Shown piece after piece: positions 1 to 8,900 of a DNA stretch of 41,214 nt (position 1 is its first letter; every line of letters starts with the position of its first letter). The position numbers and the translations under genes are program-made. The stretch lies in NCBI GenBank assembly GCA_016235455.1, contig JACRKZ010000133.1:1-41214 (forward strand), written 5' to 3'. A model generated the notes under the pieces. That model searched no databases and was not told the origin of the DNA. It was given only the letters and a program-made list of their open reading frames with translations. The stretch is from Armatimonadota bacterium. Its GTDB lineage: Bacteria; Armatimonadota; UBA10988.

Positions 1-216
1 CAGATCTACCGCCGTGTGCTGGTCAACCACTACTGCAACGCCTGGAGCCTGCTCCCCTGGCAACTGCGCGAGGGCGAAACCGTGGCCAACGCCGACCGGC
101 GCTGCATTGTGCCGGTGACGGGCGTGGACCCGTATGCCTGGAAGGGTGTGGAGAAGCCGCTGCGGAATGTGTGGCTGCGGGGGTGTCAGGCGGCCGCCGA
201 GCGGGCTACAAGATGA
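1..216 (+). CDS. C-terminal end of a phytanoyl-CoA dioxygenase (PhyH)-family protein, 5' truncated by the window edge
   Basis: Frame 1 is open from base 1 to TGA 214-216. YRRVLVNHYCNAWSLLPW...VTGVDPYAWKG resembles the C-terminus of bacterial PhyH-family 2OG-Fe(II) oxygenases. Confidence 0.65.
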   Translation, partial: QIYRRVLVNHYCNAWSLLPWQLREGETVANADRRCIVPVTGVDPYAWKGVEKPLRNVWLRGCQAAAERATR

Positions 217-624
217 AGGCCCGCCAGCGCGGCACCGGGCCAGCCACACGGCGGCGATTGATAGGTACCCGGTGATCTGCCACCACCAGTCATTGGCATC
301 ATAGTGTCGACGGCGCACTGCCGAACTGAGCGCGACGGCCACGCAGGGCACCAGGCCCACGACCAGTAGCCAGCCCAACGGCCAATGGAGTCTGAACACC
401 AGCCACCACCACACGCCATAGAGCGAGCCGTAGACTGCACCCAGGGGCACGACCACCAGTACCGACACCATGCGCCACACGGCCAGCCCTTCGTCCGGCC
501 GCGCCCCACACGCGGTGCGCAGTAGCAGCGCGGCATTGAAGGCGAGCGGCCCGAGCACGGCACCCAGGAGCATCAGGCTGATAGGCAGCGGCCATGCGAC
601 CAGGCTGTGGATGGCGTTTCCCAC
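186..624 (-). pseudogene. Small multi-pass membrane protein with a +1 frameshift near 240
   Basis: GTG at 624 follows AAGGT and a TATACT box. The frame reads VGNAIHSLVAWPLPISLMLLGAVLGPLAFNAALLL...GVWWWLVFRLHWPLGWLLVVGLVPCVAVAL...WWWQITGYLSIAAVWL. Removing one base at 240/241 continues PGAALAGLHLVARSAAA to TGA at 186-188. Not in the ORF track because the unshifted frame has no stop inside the window. Confidence 0.55.
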
Positions 625-766
625 GGCAGTACCTTAGCTGCAGTATAGGCGAAGGGATCGCGGCGTGCGCGTGCGTCATCGCTGAGGCAACGTCGGTGTC
701 CCCGCTGCGCTTGTCGGCAACGCGGTGCCGGCGCACGACATGGCCAGCCCGGGGCGACGGATGATG

Positions 767-795
767 CACCCACACCCGACCGGCACGTGTGGGTG
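767..795. repeat. 9-bp inverted repeat (CACCCACAC/GTGTGGGTG), possible terminator hairpin downstream of the 852-4028 gene
   Basis: Perfect complement visible in the sequence; no U-tract. Confidence 0.35.
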
Positions 796-851
796 ACTGT
801 GAGGCAAGGCCGCCGACGCGACCAGGCTCAGCACCCGCCGCGCCCGCCCAT

Positions 852-3800
852 TCACTCTCCCGCCACCACCTTCCACACCCCCCAATGGCTCGGCGCCAGC
901 CGCGCCTCGCTGGGGATATCGCTGACCAGCGCCGTATCCAGGTTGTTCCAGTAGTCGCGCGCCAGCGTCTGCACGCCGTTGCCGCGCAGGATGCCGATGT
1001 CGCCCAGGCACTGCTCGCCGGCCCGACCGCTCAGCCCCAGCAGCGCCAGCGGCACCGACACCTCGATGTCGCCGCCACGCTGCGCCAACTGAACCTGGTC
1101 GGTGACCACGCGCACATCGTCGAAGCTCACGCGGCCGATGGGCGATTCGTAGAGCTGCGGCCGAGCGCCCGCCAGGCCCGGCGCCACCTGGCGGTAGAGC
1201 ACGGCCAGCGGCTTGCCATGGGCCAGCGTCAGCAGCAGGCGCACATCGCCGGCGACCGGGTCGTTGCGCACGCCGCGGCGGTCGGCCGGGCCGACCAGCA
1301 GGTCCACCGCGCCGCCGCGCTTGAAGGCGAACGGCGGGTCGGAGGCGTCGTTGGCCAGGGCGTCGGCGCGGCCCGTGCGCCAGGCCGCATACAGGCGGTC
1401 GCCGGCGACGGCCAGTGCGCCCGAGCCCGAGGAGCCGATGGTTGCCCAAGTGGCCTTGGACCAGTCGGCCAGGCCGCCATCGACGGTCGGCGCGGTCGCG
1501 CGCAGGGGCACGTTCAGCTCGCCGCGGCCCTGCTTGCGGCCGGGCTGCACCCAGCGTTCGGGCAGCTTGGCCTGAGCATCGGCCGAGAGCGCCACCGTGC
1601 CGAACGCGCGGCGCTTGACCGTGTCGAAACCGTCGATGCGGAAGATCGAGCTGTGCTCCTTGCCAGCCACCATGTACACGTTGCCGTCGGCGGTGCGGGT
1701 GATGGTCGGGTGGAAATGCTCGTCCTCGAAGCTGTAGCCCGAGACGTCCAGGCCGCGCTTGGCCTGGGCGAAGGGGAACAACTCGCCGCGGGACATGTGC
1801 GCGCCCAGCGTGCCTAGATAGAGGCCGTCGCCGGTGAGCAGGTACATGTTGCCGCGCTCGCCGTTGTAGCACAGCACATCACGCGCCTCGCCCCGGCCGG
1901 GCGTGAACGGCGGGCCGAGCAGCCGCGTCGGCTCCACCACATGGCCGGGATACTGGGGTGGCATGAAAGTCGAATCGAGCGACGGATAGCTCCACACCCA
2001 GCGCCCGCCACGATAGGCGCGGAAGCCCTGCACCCAGGTGCCGTCGGCCAGCATGACGCCGCCGTGGCCGTCCTCGGCCCAGTGCTGGTCGTCGTCGGGC
2101 GGCACCAGGAAGGTGGCTTTGCTCAAGTCATACAGCGGCGTGCCGTCGGCGCGGATGGCCGGCGCGGGCAGCCGCAGGCTCCACGAACCATACTGCTCCA
2201 AGCCCGGCCCCGGCCGCCAGTCGCGGAAGCCAAACAGCGGCGCTTTGCTGCCGTCCGCCTTGGTCAGCGTCTCGGCAAAACGGCGCACCTGGAACTCGTC
2301 CTGGGTCACCTTGCCGTCGGCGTTGAGGTCCGTCCAGCAGAGGAACGGCTCGTAGATGCCGCCGGCCTTCTGCAGGTCGCCGATAAACGGCGCGGTGCGG
2401 ATCGACTCCCAGTGACGCATGGAGCCGACATGGCAGACCGGCCGAGCCGTGTGGGTGGCGTCGTCGTAGAGGTAGACCGCGTGGGTGTCGTTGCCGCGCA
2501 AGCCGCCCTGATAGCCGCCCAGCAGATAGAGCCGGCCACCGACGTGCATGGGCAACTCGGGCACCGTCTCGCCATACGTGTGGTTGGGCATCGGATCGTG
2601 CGTGGGTGGCAGGTCGATGTTGCGGATCGGGATGGCCACCAGCCTGGCCGTGCCCGTCTGCCAGTCCAGCCTGAACTCCAGCAGCCCGCCAAACTCGGCA
2701 TAGAAGAAGCGCGTCTTGTCGACCGCGTCGATGGTGCCGCCGCCACCGTAGTGCGGCGGGCCGTAGCGCGCGGACTTGAAGCGGCCGCTGCCCGCATCCC
2801 ACAGGCTGATGCGCTTGGGCAGCCAATCGGCCTCGGCGATCCAGAGCTGACCCTGGTCGTCGATGGCCAGGCCGCACGGCCGGTGCATGCGCTGCTCATC
2901 ATAGACGCCGCGCTGGAACCCGCCCGGCTTGCCAATGACGCGTTTGGGCTGACCGTCGAGGCCGAAGACCTTGACCTGATGACTGCGACCCCAGTCGGCC
3001 ACGAACAGCTCGTTGCCGGCCAGGTTGGTCTGGAGGGTGCGCGGGTCGTCCAGGCCCCGGATCAGTTCGGTGGCGTCGGCCAAGGTCGGCGCGGCGTCGC
3101 CTTCGCGATGCACTGCGTAGCGCTTGACCGTACCCTCGGTGCTGACGAGCAACCGGCCCTGCCCGTCGAGCAGCACGCCCTTGGGCGACGGCACCGGCGC
3201 GGTGCCCAGCGCGCGGCCGCGCTTGACGTCGATGAACAGCACCGCGTTATCCAGCGGCAGCGAGACCGCCGCCAGCCCGTCGCGCACGGACAGCGCCAGG
3301 CCCAGCTCGCGCGGCTCCTTGGGCATCTTGGTCGTCGGCTTGAACTTGGCGATGTCGGGGCCGCCGTCCTTGGTCAGCCCGCGCAACACCACATCCGACT
3401 GCTCGCCCCAGCACATGAGCACGTAGGCGTAGTACCGCGGGTCGCGGTCGGCGCCGAAGTCGGTGGCGGCGGCCTCGCCGCCGTCCCAGCCCCACATGGC
3501 GCGACGCTGGTAGGTCGTGCCGTCGGTGCCCACCCAGACCGTGGTGCGGCCGGCTTCGGCCACCAGCGCGGTGAGCAGCACCTGCGGCTTGCCCCCGCCG
3601 TAGGGCGAGCCCGACGGGATGAAGGTGGCGCCCAGCGGCGACGAGTGGTCGGCCAGCCAGCCGCCGAGGCCGTCCTTGGTCTGCCAGGGCGGGTTGCCGC
3701 CGCTGTACGGCGTGCACTCGTAGATCGTCTTGAGCCCGTCATGCACCAGGCCGCGCGCGGTGTAGGTGCCCGGCGGCACGCGGTGCCGCGTGAGCGTGCC

Positions 3801-4028
3801 GTCCGTGGCGTAGACGCCGTCATCGTAGCCGTCCCAGCTCAGCCGCTGCCGACCGGCGGGCAGGCGCGTCTCGCTGATCAGGTTGCGCACGCGCCGGCCA
3901 CTCGCATCGTCGATGGCGACGGTCACCGTCTGCGGCCTGGCCAGATCGACCCAGATCGGATAGTCGGCGGTCTGCGCACCGGCAATGGCGCAGGCGGACA
4001 GCGAGAGGACAAGCAACAACGACCTCAT
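852..4028 (-). CDS. Large secreted protein: FlgD-like Ig domain, NHL/beta-propeller repeats, C-terminal CBM9-like sugar-binding domain
   Basis: Signal peptide MRSLLLVLSLSACAIAGA. VTVAIDDASGRRVRNL...LSWDG...PPGTY is FlgD_ig-like. LFVADWGRSHQVKVF and GLAIDDQGQLWIAE are NHL-like. APTVDGGLADW...DRLYAAW...IEVSVPLALLG is CBM9/DOMON-like. GAGG RBS. Confidence 0.75.
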   Translation of the reverse strand: MRSLLLVLSLSACAIAGAQTADYPIWVDLARPQTVTVAIDDASGRRVRNLISETRLPAGRQRLSWDGYDDGVYATDGTLTRHRVPPGTYTARGLVHDGLKTIYECTPYSGGNPPWQTKDGLGGWLADHSSPLGATFIPSGSPYGGGKPQVLLTALVAEAGRTTVWVGTDGTTYQRRAMWGWDGGEAAATDFGADRDPRYYAYVLMCWGEQSDVVLRGLTKDGGPDIAKFKPTTKMPKEPRELGLALSVRDGLAAVSLPLDNAVLFIDVKRGRALGTAPVPSPKGVLLDGQGRLLVSTEGTVKRYAVHREGDAAPTLADATELIRGLDDPRTLQTNLAGNELFVADWGRSHQVKVFGLDGQPKRVIGKPGGFQRGVYDEQRMHRPCGLAIDDQGQLWIAEADWLPKRISLWDAGSGRFKSARYGPPHYGGGGTIDAVDKTRFFYAEFGGLLEFRLDWQTGTARLVAIPIRNIDLPPTHDPMPNHTYGETVPELPMHVGGRLYLLGGYQGGLRGNDTHAVYLYDDATHTARPVCHVGSMRHWESIRTAPFIGDLQKAGGIYEPFLCWTDLNADGKVTQDEFQVRRFAETLTKADGSKAPLFGFRDWRPGPGLEQYGSWSLRLPAPAIRADGTPLYDLSKATFLVPPDDDQHWAEDGHGGVMLADGTWVQGFRAYRGGRWVWSYPSLDSTFMPPQYPGHVVEPTRLLGPPFTPGRGEARDVLCYNGERGNMYLLTGDGLYLGTLGAHMSRGELFPFAQAKRGLDVSGYSFEDEHFHPTITRTADGNVYMVAGKEHSSIFRIDGFDTVKRRAFGTVALSADAQAKLPERWVQPGRKQGRGELNVPLRATAPTVDGGLADWSKATWATIGSSGSGALAVAGDRLYAAWRTGRADALANDASDPPFAFKRGGAVDLLVGPADRRGVRNDPVAGDVRLLLTLAHGKPLAVLYRQVAPGLAGARPQLYESPIGRVSFDDVRVVTDQVQLAQRGGDIEVSVPLALLGLSGRAGEQCLGDIGILRGNGVQTLARDYWNNLDTALVSDIPSEARLAPSHWGVWKVVAGE

Positions 4029-4066
4029 GACGTGACCTCGCAGGCACAGGATGGCTGGCGCGAAGT

Positions 4067-4453
4067 CTACCAGATCACGGTCAGGCCAGGCACATCACGG
4101 AGCTTGGTGTCGGCGGTGATCAGCGGCAGACCGGCGGCCAGGGCGGTGCCGGCAACCATGCGGTCGAAGGGGTCGGTGGAGACGGCGCGGGGGATGTTGC
4201 CGGCGTGAAGCGCGGCTGCGACACCGAAGTCCAGCGGCGCCAGCGCGCCGCCTGGGCTGAGGAGTCGCGCCCTGACCCGAGCGATTTCGTCGGGGTTGAG
4301 CCGCCCCACTTGCTCGAGGTAGGCCAACTCCAGCAACGCCACGGTCGGCACGCCGAGCGGCTCATCACAGATGCACTCGGCGGCTCGCCGTGATAGCCGG
4401 TCGGGCTCTCCGAGCAGCTACAGCACCGCGCAGGTATCCAAGACCGCGGTCAC
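4067..4453 (-). pseudogene. vapC: VapC/PIN-domain toxin with an in-frame TAG at codon 12
   Basis: GTG 4453 overlaps the antitoxin stop (GTGA). Reads MTAVLDTCAVL*LLGEPDRLSRRA...LLELAYL...DPFDRMVAGTA...LITADTKL...VIW (128 codons). TAG at 4418-4420 sits where VapC LDTxxxxW usually has Trp. Confidence 0.85.
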
Positions 4454-4710
4454 AGCCAGTCCTCACGGGCCGCCCACTTGGCCTCGACCTCGGCAGTCAT
4501 CTCATCACGACAAGCCCGGAAGTCCTCCATGGTTAGCGAGCGGGTCAGCGGGGCGCAACTGCCCATCAACTCGCGCGGCGTCGGCGGACGCTCGTCTTCC
4601 GGCATCACGGACGCCAGCTCCGCCATGGCCTTCACGACCACCGCCAGGGCCGCCAACTGGGGCGGCGTCAGCTTCGCCAGCCCCTCGATGATCTCCGCCG
4701 TTGCTGACAT
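4450..4710 (-). CDS. Putative antitoxin (DUF2281-like) of the upstream-coupled VapC module
   Basis: 86 aa with an acidic C-terminus (ELMGSC...LTMEDFRACRDEM). Lies directly upstream of and translationally coupled to the PIN gene. Confidence 0.7.
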   Translation of the reverse strand: MSATAEIIEGLAKLTPPQLAALAVVVKAMAELASVMPEDERPPTPRELMGSCAPLTRSLTMEDFRACRDEMTAEVEAKWAAREDWL

Positions 4711-4743
4711 GATCGGACCTCAGCAACCATTACAGCCCGCTGC

Positions 4744-4774
4744 CCGCGCCGCGATCAGGCCGACCGCGGCGCGG
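4744..4774 (-). terminator. GC-rich hairpin after the discoidin gene
   Basis: CCGCGCCGCG...CGCGGCGCGG 10-bp stem, 17 nt past the stop at 4792. Confidence 0.4.
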
Positions 4775-4791
4775 CATGACAGGCGCGCGGA

Positions 4792-5730
4792 CTACTGGCC
4801 GTAGACCTTGACTTCCCAGATGCTCGGCCAGGAGCCATCCGGCGCACCGGTCACGGTGACCCGCACGTGCCCGATGCCCTTGGCGTCGAGCGTGACCTTC
4901 TGCGACTGCCGTTCGGACTTGGTCGCGGTCTGGTCAGAGAGCATCTGCCAGGTCTGGCCGTCGGCCGAGCCTTCGACCTTCCACAGGTAGTTCTTCCCCG
5001 CCTGCTCCCAGACCACCGACAGCCCCGTCAGGTCGTGCGGCTTGCCCAGGTCAACCTGCCACCAGGCCGGCACGGTGCCGCCGTTGGCGCACCACCGCGT
5101 GCCCATGTCGCCGTCGACGGCATGACCCGACGGGTGGCCGTCCTGGTCGCTGGACGACGAGGTCGGCCGGCCGGCGGCCAGGTCGGGCCGAGCCTCGCCC
5201 CACCACGACTTCAGTTCGTCGGCGCTCAGCTTCTTGGTGTCGTCGGCGCTGTAGACAGCGGCTTCGCAGATGCTCGGCCAGGTGTCCGGCTCGGTGCCCG
5301 TGACCGTGATCAGCACGTAGCGCACGCCCTTGCCGGCGACCAGCAGTCGGTGTAGCGCCACGGTCTCGCCGTTCTGGCGCTGATCGCTGAGCATCGTCCA
5401 GTTGCGCTTGTCGACCGAGCCCTCGACCTTGTAGCCGTAGGCGGCGCCGTCCTTGGCCCAGCGGATGGTCACGCCGCCCACGTCCCTGGCCTCGCCCAGA
5501 TCGATCTGGAGCTGCTGGGGCAGCGCGCCGCTATCGGCCGACCAGCGCGTGTCGTCCTTGCCGTCCACGGCGCTCTTGGCTGGGTTCTCGTCCTCGCTGC
5601 TGGTCACTGACACCGGCTTGCCCAGTGCCAGATTGGTCATGCCGGCCTGGCCAAACGCGCTCTGCGCGCTACACCATACCAGCCCCGCCGCCATCAACAA
5701 ACGAGCCAGCCGGCCCGTGCTTGCTTTCAT
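4792..5730 (-). CDS. Secreted protein with two discoidin / F5-8 type C (CBM32-like) domains
   Basis: Start MKASTGRL at ATG 5730 (GGAG upstream), signal peptide ending AFG. Two repeats: NLALGKPV...AVDGKDDTRW...LQIDLG and DLAAGRPT...AVDGDMGTRW...WQVDLG...IWEVKVY. Confidence 0.88.
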   Translation of the reverse strand: MKASTGRLARLLMAAGLVWCSAQSAFGQAGMTNLALGKPVSVTSSEDENPAKSAVDGKDDTRWSADSGALPQQLQIDLGEARDVGGVTIRWAKDGAAYGYKVEGSVDKRNWTMLSDQRQNGETVALHRLLVAGKGVRYVLITVTGTEPDTWPSICEAAVYSADDTKKLSADELKSWWGEARPDLAAGRPTSSSSDQDGHPSGHAVDGDMGTRWCANGGTVPAWWQVDLGKPHDLTGLSVVWEQAGKNYLWKVEGSADGQTWQMLSDQTATKSERQSQKVTLDAKGIGHVRVTVTGAPDGSWPSIWEVKVYGQ

Positions 5731-5808
5731 CGTCCTGCACTCCATCCGCGGTCGCCCTGGGGCACAGCAGCCCTCGGCCGTGTCCCAGGCCGATCCGCGC
5801 GCCAACAA

Positions 5809-6813
5809 CTAGACGCTGACCACCTGTCCGCTCTTGATGCTCTCGACCTCGGCCTCGACCAGCTTGACCGAGTAGGCCGCGCTCTCGGCAATGGCCAACT
5901 CGGGCTGGACGCCCTTCTCGATGCAGTCGACCAGGTAGCGCAGTTCGTACTCATAGCCGGCGCCCGCGGGCACCTCGATCGGCGTGCTCTCACCATTCTG
6001 CTTGAGCACAAGCTGCGGCTCGGCGCCGATATCGAAGACGACCGAAGCGCTCTCGAAGTTGACCTCGAACTGCATCTTGAAGCCATAGCCGGCGGACATG
6101 GACCAGCCGCCCTCGGCCACCACCAGCGGGATGTCGGGGTAGACGAAATGCGTGGTGACATGGTCGATGGCGCCGGTGTCCTTGGTGTAGCCGCGACTGA
6201 ACACGCCCGTGGGCCGGCCGAAGCAGTACTGCACGAAGTCCACGTCGTGGATGTGCAAATCGAGGATGCCGCCGCCCGACTGTGCGCCGTCGGCGAACCA
6301 GCGGCCGGGGTTCTGCGCCACACGCCGGAACAGCGCCGAGTAGACCCGGCCGTAGGTGCCTTCGGCCACGCGGTCGCGCAGCCACGACCAGGCCGGCCAG
6401 AACCGCATGCACAACGCGCACATCAGCACGCCGGGGCTCTGGGCCGCAGCCGCCACCATCTCGTCAGCCTGCGCGCCGGTCCGGGCGAACGGCTTCTCGA
6501 CGATGACATGCTTACCCGCGGCCAAGGCGGCCAGCACGAACGGGTGATGCAGCGGCGTCGGCAGGCAGATGTCGACCAGCTCGACCTCGGGGTCGGCGAT
6601 CAGCTTCATACCCTCGTCGTACTGCTTCCAGCCCGAGAAATCGTGGCCGCCCTCGGCCTGGCCCTTGATGTTGCCCTTCTGGACAAACGCTCCGCTGCGG
6701 CGCTCCTCCAGCAGGTCGGCCACGGCGATGACCTTCGCGTCCGCCACCTTGCCATAGGCGTCCAGATGCGTCGTGCCCATGCCGCCGACGCCGATCACAC
6801 CAACCTTCACCAT
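5809..6813 (-). CDS. Gfo/Idh/MocA family NAD(P)-dependent oxidoreductase
   Basis: True start MVKVGVIGVGGMG at 6813 with AAAGGAG RBS. Motifs DICLPTPLH, GKHVIVEKP, GGGILDLHIHDVD. Confidence 0.93.
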   Translation of the reverse strand: MVKVGVIGVGGMGTTHLDAYGKVADAKVIAVADLLEERRSGAFVQKGNIKGQAEGGHDFSGWKQYDEGMKLIADPEVELVDICLPTPLHHPFVLAALAAGKHVIVEKPFARTGAQADEMVAAAAQSPGVLMCALCMRFWPAWSWLRDRVAEGTYGRVYSALFRRVAQNPGRWFADGAQSGGGILDLHIHDVDFVQYCFGRPTGVFSRGYTKDTGAIDHVTTHFVYPDIPLVVAEGGWSMSAGYGFKMQFEVNFESASVVFDIGAEPQLVLKQNGESTPIEVPAGAGYEYELRYLVDCIEKGVQPELAIAESAAYSVKLVEAEVESIKSGQVVSV

Positions 6814-6832
6814 GTCGTATCCGCTCCTTTGG

Positions 6833-7675
6833 CTACATCGCCAGAATCGTGTCCATCGCCCGGCTCGTGCGTTCCAGCAGCGTGGCGTCGGGCGGCCCCA
6901 TTTCGGCGACGAGCGTGCCCTCGTAGCCGATTGACCGCAGCGCGGCCATGGTTGCGGCGAACGGCACGTCGCCGGCCAACAGATCGCAGAACCCGCCCAG
7001 GTTGCCCACGGCCAGCTGGAAGTCCTTGACATGCACGCGTCGCAGCCGCGGTCCCAGCAGTTCAATCCAGTGCGGCGGCCACTGCTGATGGTTGAGCACG
7101 TTGCCCACATCGAAATACGCGCCGACCCTCGGGTTGCCGATGCCGTCGAGGAACTCGACGAACTCGACGGGTGAGTAGAACAGCCCGTTCCAGACGTTCT
7201 CCACGGCCAGATCAACGCCGACCGCCGCGGCCACGTCGCCCAGCTCGGCCACCGCCTCGCGCGCCCAGGTCAGGGCGTGGTCGTAGCGCACCGGCGGGTA
7301 ACTCGGATCCCACGGGATGACCACCGCGCCGGGCACGAAGAGCATCGCCTGAGCACCCACCCAGGCGGCGCGTTGCAGCGCGGCCGCGTGCAGATCGATG
7401 GACCGGCGCCGCACCGCCGGGTCGGGATGCGTGGGGCAGACAGCCCAGCTCATGCCGCTGGCCACGGACTCCAGCAGCAGGCCGCGGTTGACGGCCATCT
7501 GCGCGTAGGCGCGACAGGTGGCCTCGTCGGTCTCCGGCGTCAACACCCCGCTCTGAGCCACGGCCAACTCGATGCCGTCGAACCCGGCGGCCTTAGCCTG
7601 GTCCATGGCGTCGGCCACGGGGCAGGCGCCGGCACCGCCGCCCTCCACACTCCAGTAGCTGATGCACTTGGTCAT
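6833..7675 (-). CDS. Sugar phosphate isomerase/epimerase (AP endonuclease family 2 TIM barrel, hexulose-6-phosphate isomerase-like)
   Basis: Start MTKCISYW at 7675 (GGAG RBS). Motifs AGFDGIEL, LAVENVWN, YFDVGN, VHVKDF, GYEGTLVAE. Confidence 0.9.
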   Translation of the reverse strand: MTKCISYWSVEGGGAGACPVADAMDQAKAAGFDGIELAVAQSGVLTPETDEATCRAYAQMAVNRGLLLESVASGMSWAVCPTHPDPAVRRRSIDLHAAALQRAAWVGAQAMLFVPGAVVIPWDPSYPPVRYDHALTWAREAVAELGDVAAAVGVDLAVENVWNGLFYSPVEFVEFLDGIGNPRVGAYFDVGNVLNHQQWPPHWIELLGPRLRRVHVKDFQLAVGNLGGFCDLLAGDVPFAATMAALRSIGYEGTLVAEMGPPDATLLERTSRAMDTILAM

Positions 7676-8121
7676 AGACACGTCTCCCCGGCGCCTTCGC
7701 GCCCGCGGCCCCGCAGCCACGGTGCGCCCTGCTTCGCCGCGTCGCCGCCAGCTCCTGCGGCCAATCACGGCGGCGATTCGCGCATCTACACCCATCGCCC
7801 GGGCCATCTCAGGCCGCGGCCACACACTGGCGCGGCAGCTCCGTGTCAGAGTGAGTGCAGGCACCCGACAAGCGCAACGCCGCCGACGGGCCGACCCCCG
7901 CAGATCATGACCATGGCCCACTTCAGGGATGGAAGACGAGAGCGCTCGTTCTGGTCTGCTGAGCTACACCAGGCATCTGAGACCCACCAGCTCGACAGCC
8001 GAGCGCCGGAGCGCCGCCCACTCTAGCGGCTTCTCACCTCCTCCGGCAACTCGTCCGGTACGACACCATTCGACGGTGCATCGGCGCCCGCGCGCCCGCG
8101 CCGTCCATAGAGGAACTTCTC

Positions 8122-8808
8122 ATGTTACGAACCAAGCCGGAATTGTCGCGTTGGCTGAGCCCGCTGGCCGTGGCGGCTCTCCTCGTCGCGTCGGCAACGC
8201 CGGTGCGCGCCACCGAGACGCTGCAAGTAGTCACCAAGGACGCCTCGGCCGGCACCGTCGCCGCAGCCGTCCAGAACAACAGCGCCGACCGCATCGAGGC
8301 CGCCGACACCAAGGCGGCGCGCGAAGCCAACGACTTCAGCGACGCGACCATCCGTCTCAACGGCGTGGAGGTCATGCGCTTGAAGGCCTGGGCCGGTGGC
8401 CATTCGCCGATGCAGCGTGCCCGCATCGTTCAGGAGCGCTTGAACCGCGCCTCGTCGGGGCTCAACTACGCCTCGCTGAACGCCGGCACGCAGACCTTCG
8501 TCGCAGACAAGAGCCAGGTCTTCATCACGCAGACCGGCGCTGAGTCCGTGATCTTCCTGCGTGGCGTGCAGTTGGTCACCGTGACCCGCGCCGACGCCGC
8601 CGCCAACGGCAGCAACACGACTATCGGCCTGGCCCGGACTTGGGCGGAGAACGTGCGCGATGGCGCCGACGCCAGCCACCTGCGGGGTGCCCGGAACCGC
8701 GCCGACGAGTCACGGGCCACGCCCCGGACCTCGGATCCCGCCCCCGTGGCGACCGCTACGGCCTTCACCGCCGAGAGCGACATGAGCACCAAGAGCGCCG
8801 CTCGTTAG
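8122..8808 (+). CDS. Secreted hypothetical protein
   Basis: AGAGGA RBS, signal peptide, GC-rich codon usage. Compact domain ATIRLNGVEVMRL...SPMQRARIVQERL...LVTVTRADAAAN...LARTWAENVR with low-complexity tails. Confidence 0.8.
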   Translation: MLRTKPELSRWLSPLAVAALLVASATPVRATETLQVVTKDASAGTVAAAVQNNSADRIEAADTKAAREANDFSDATIRLNGVEVMRLKAWAGGHSPMQRARIVQERLNRASSGLNYASLNAGTQTFVADKSQVFITQTGAESVIFLRGVQLVTVTRADAAANGSNTTIGLARTWAENVRDGADASHLRGARNRADESRATPRTSDPAPVATATAFTAESDMSTKSAAR

Positions 8809-8815
8809 CCTCTGG

Positions 8816-8882
8816 CCGCGGGCGGCCGGTGACGGACTTCGTTGGTTGGCGACAACCGCGCGTCCGTCACCGGCCGTCGCGG
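8816..8882. terminator. Long hairpin between convergent genes, probable bidirectional terminator
   Basis: 15-bp perfect stem CGGCCGGTGACGGAC (8823-8837) / GTCCGTCACCGGCCG (8862-8876) enclosing GGTTG-GCGA-CAACC. Confidence 0.6.
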
Positions 8883-8900
8883 TTTGGGCGCGGGCGGCGC

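Noticed and set aside
1941-4208. Long ORFs antisense to real genes (also 10230-12251, 12937-15000, 21075-22904, 31617-33443 and others)
   Set aside because: Shadow frames typical of high-GC coding DNA; no motifs, and the opposite strand carries recognisable proteins.
6814-7215. Fusion or long N-terminus on the Gfo/Idh/MocA ORF
   Set aside because: Out-of-frame overlap with the isomerase; a strong RBS marks the real start at 6813.
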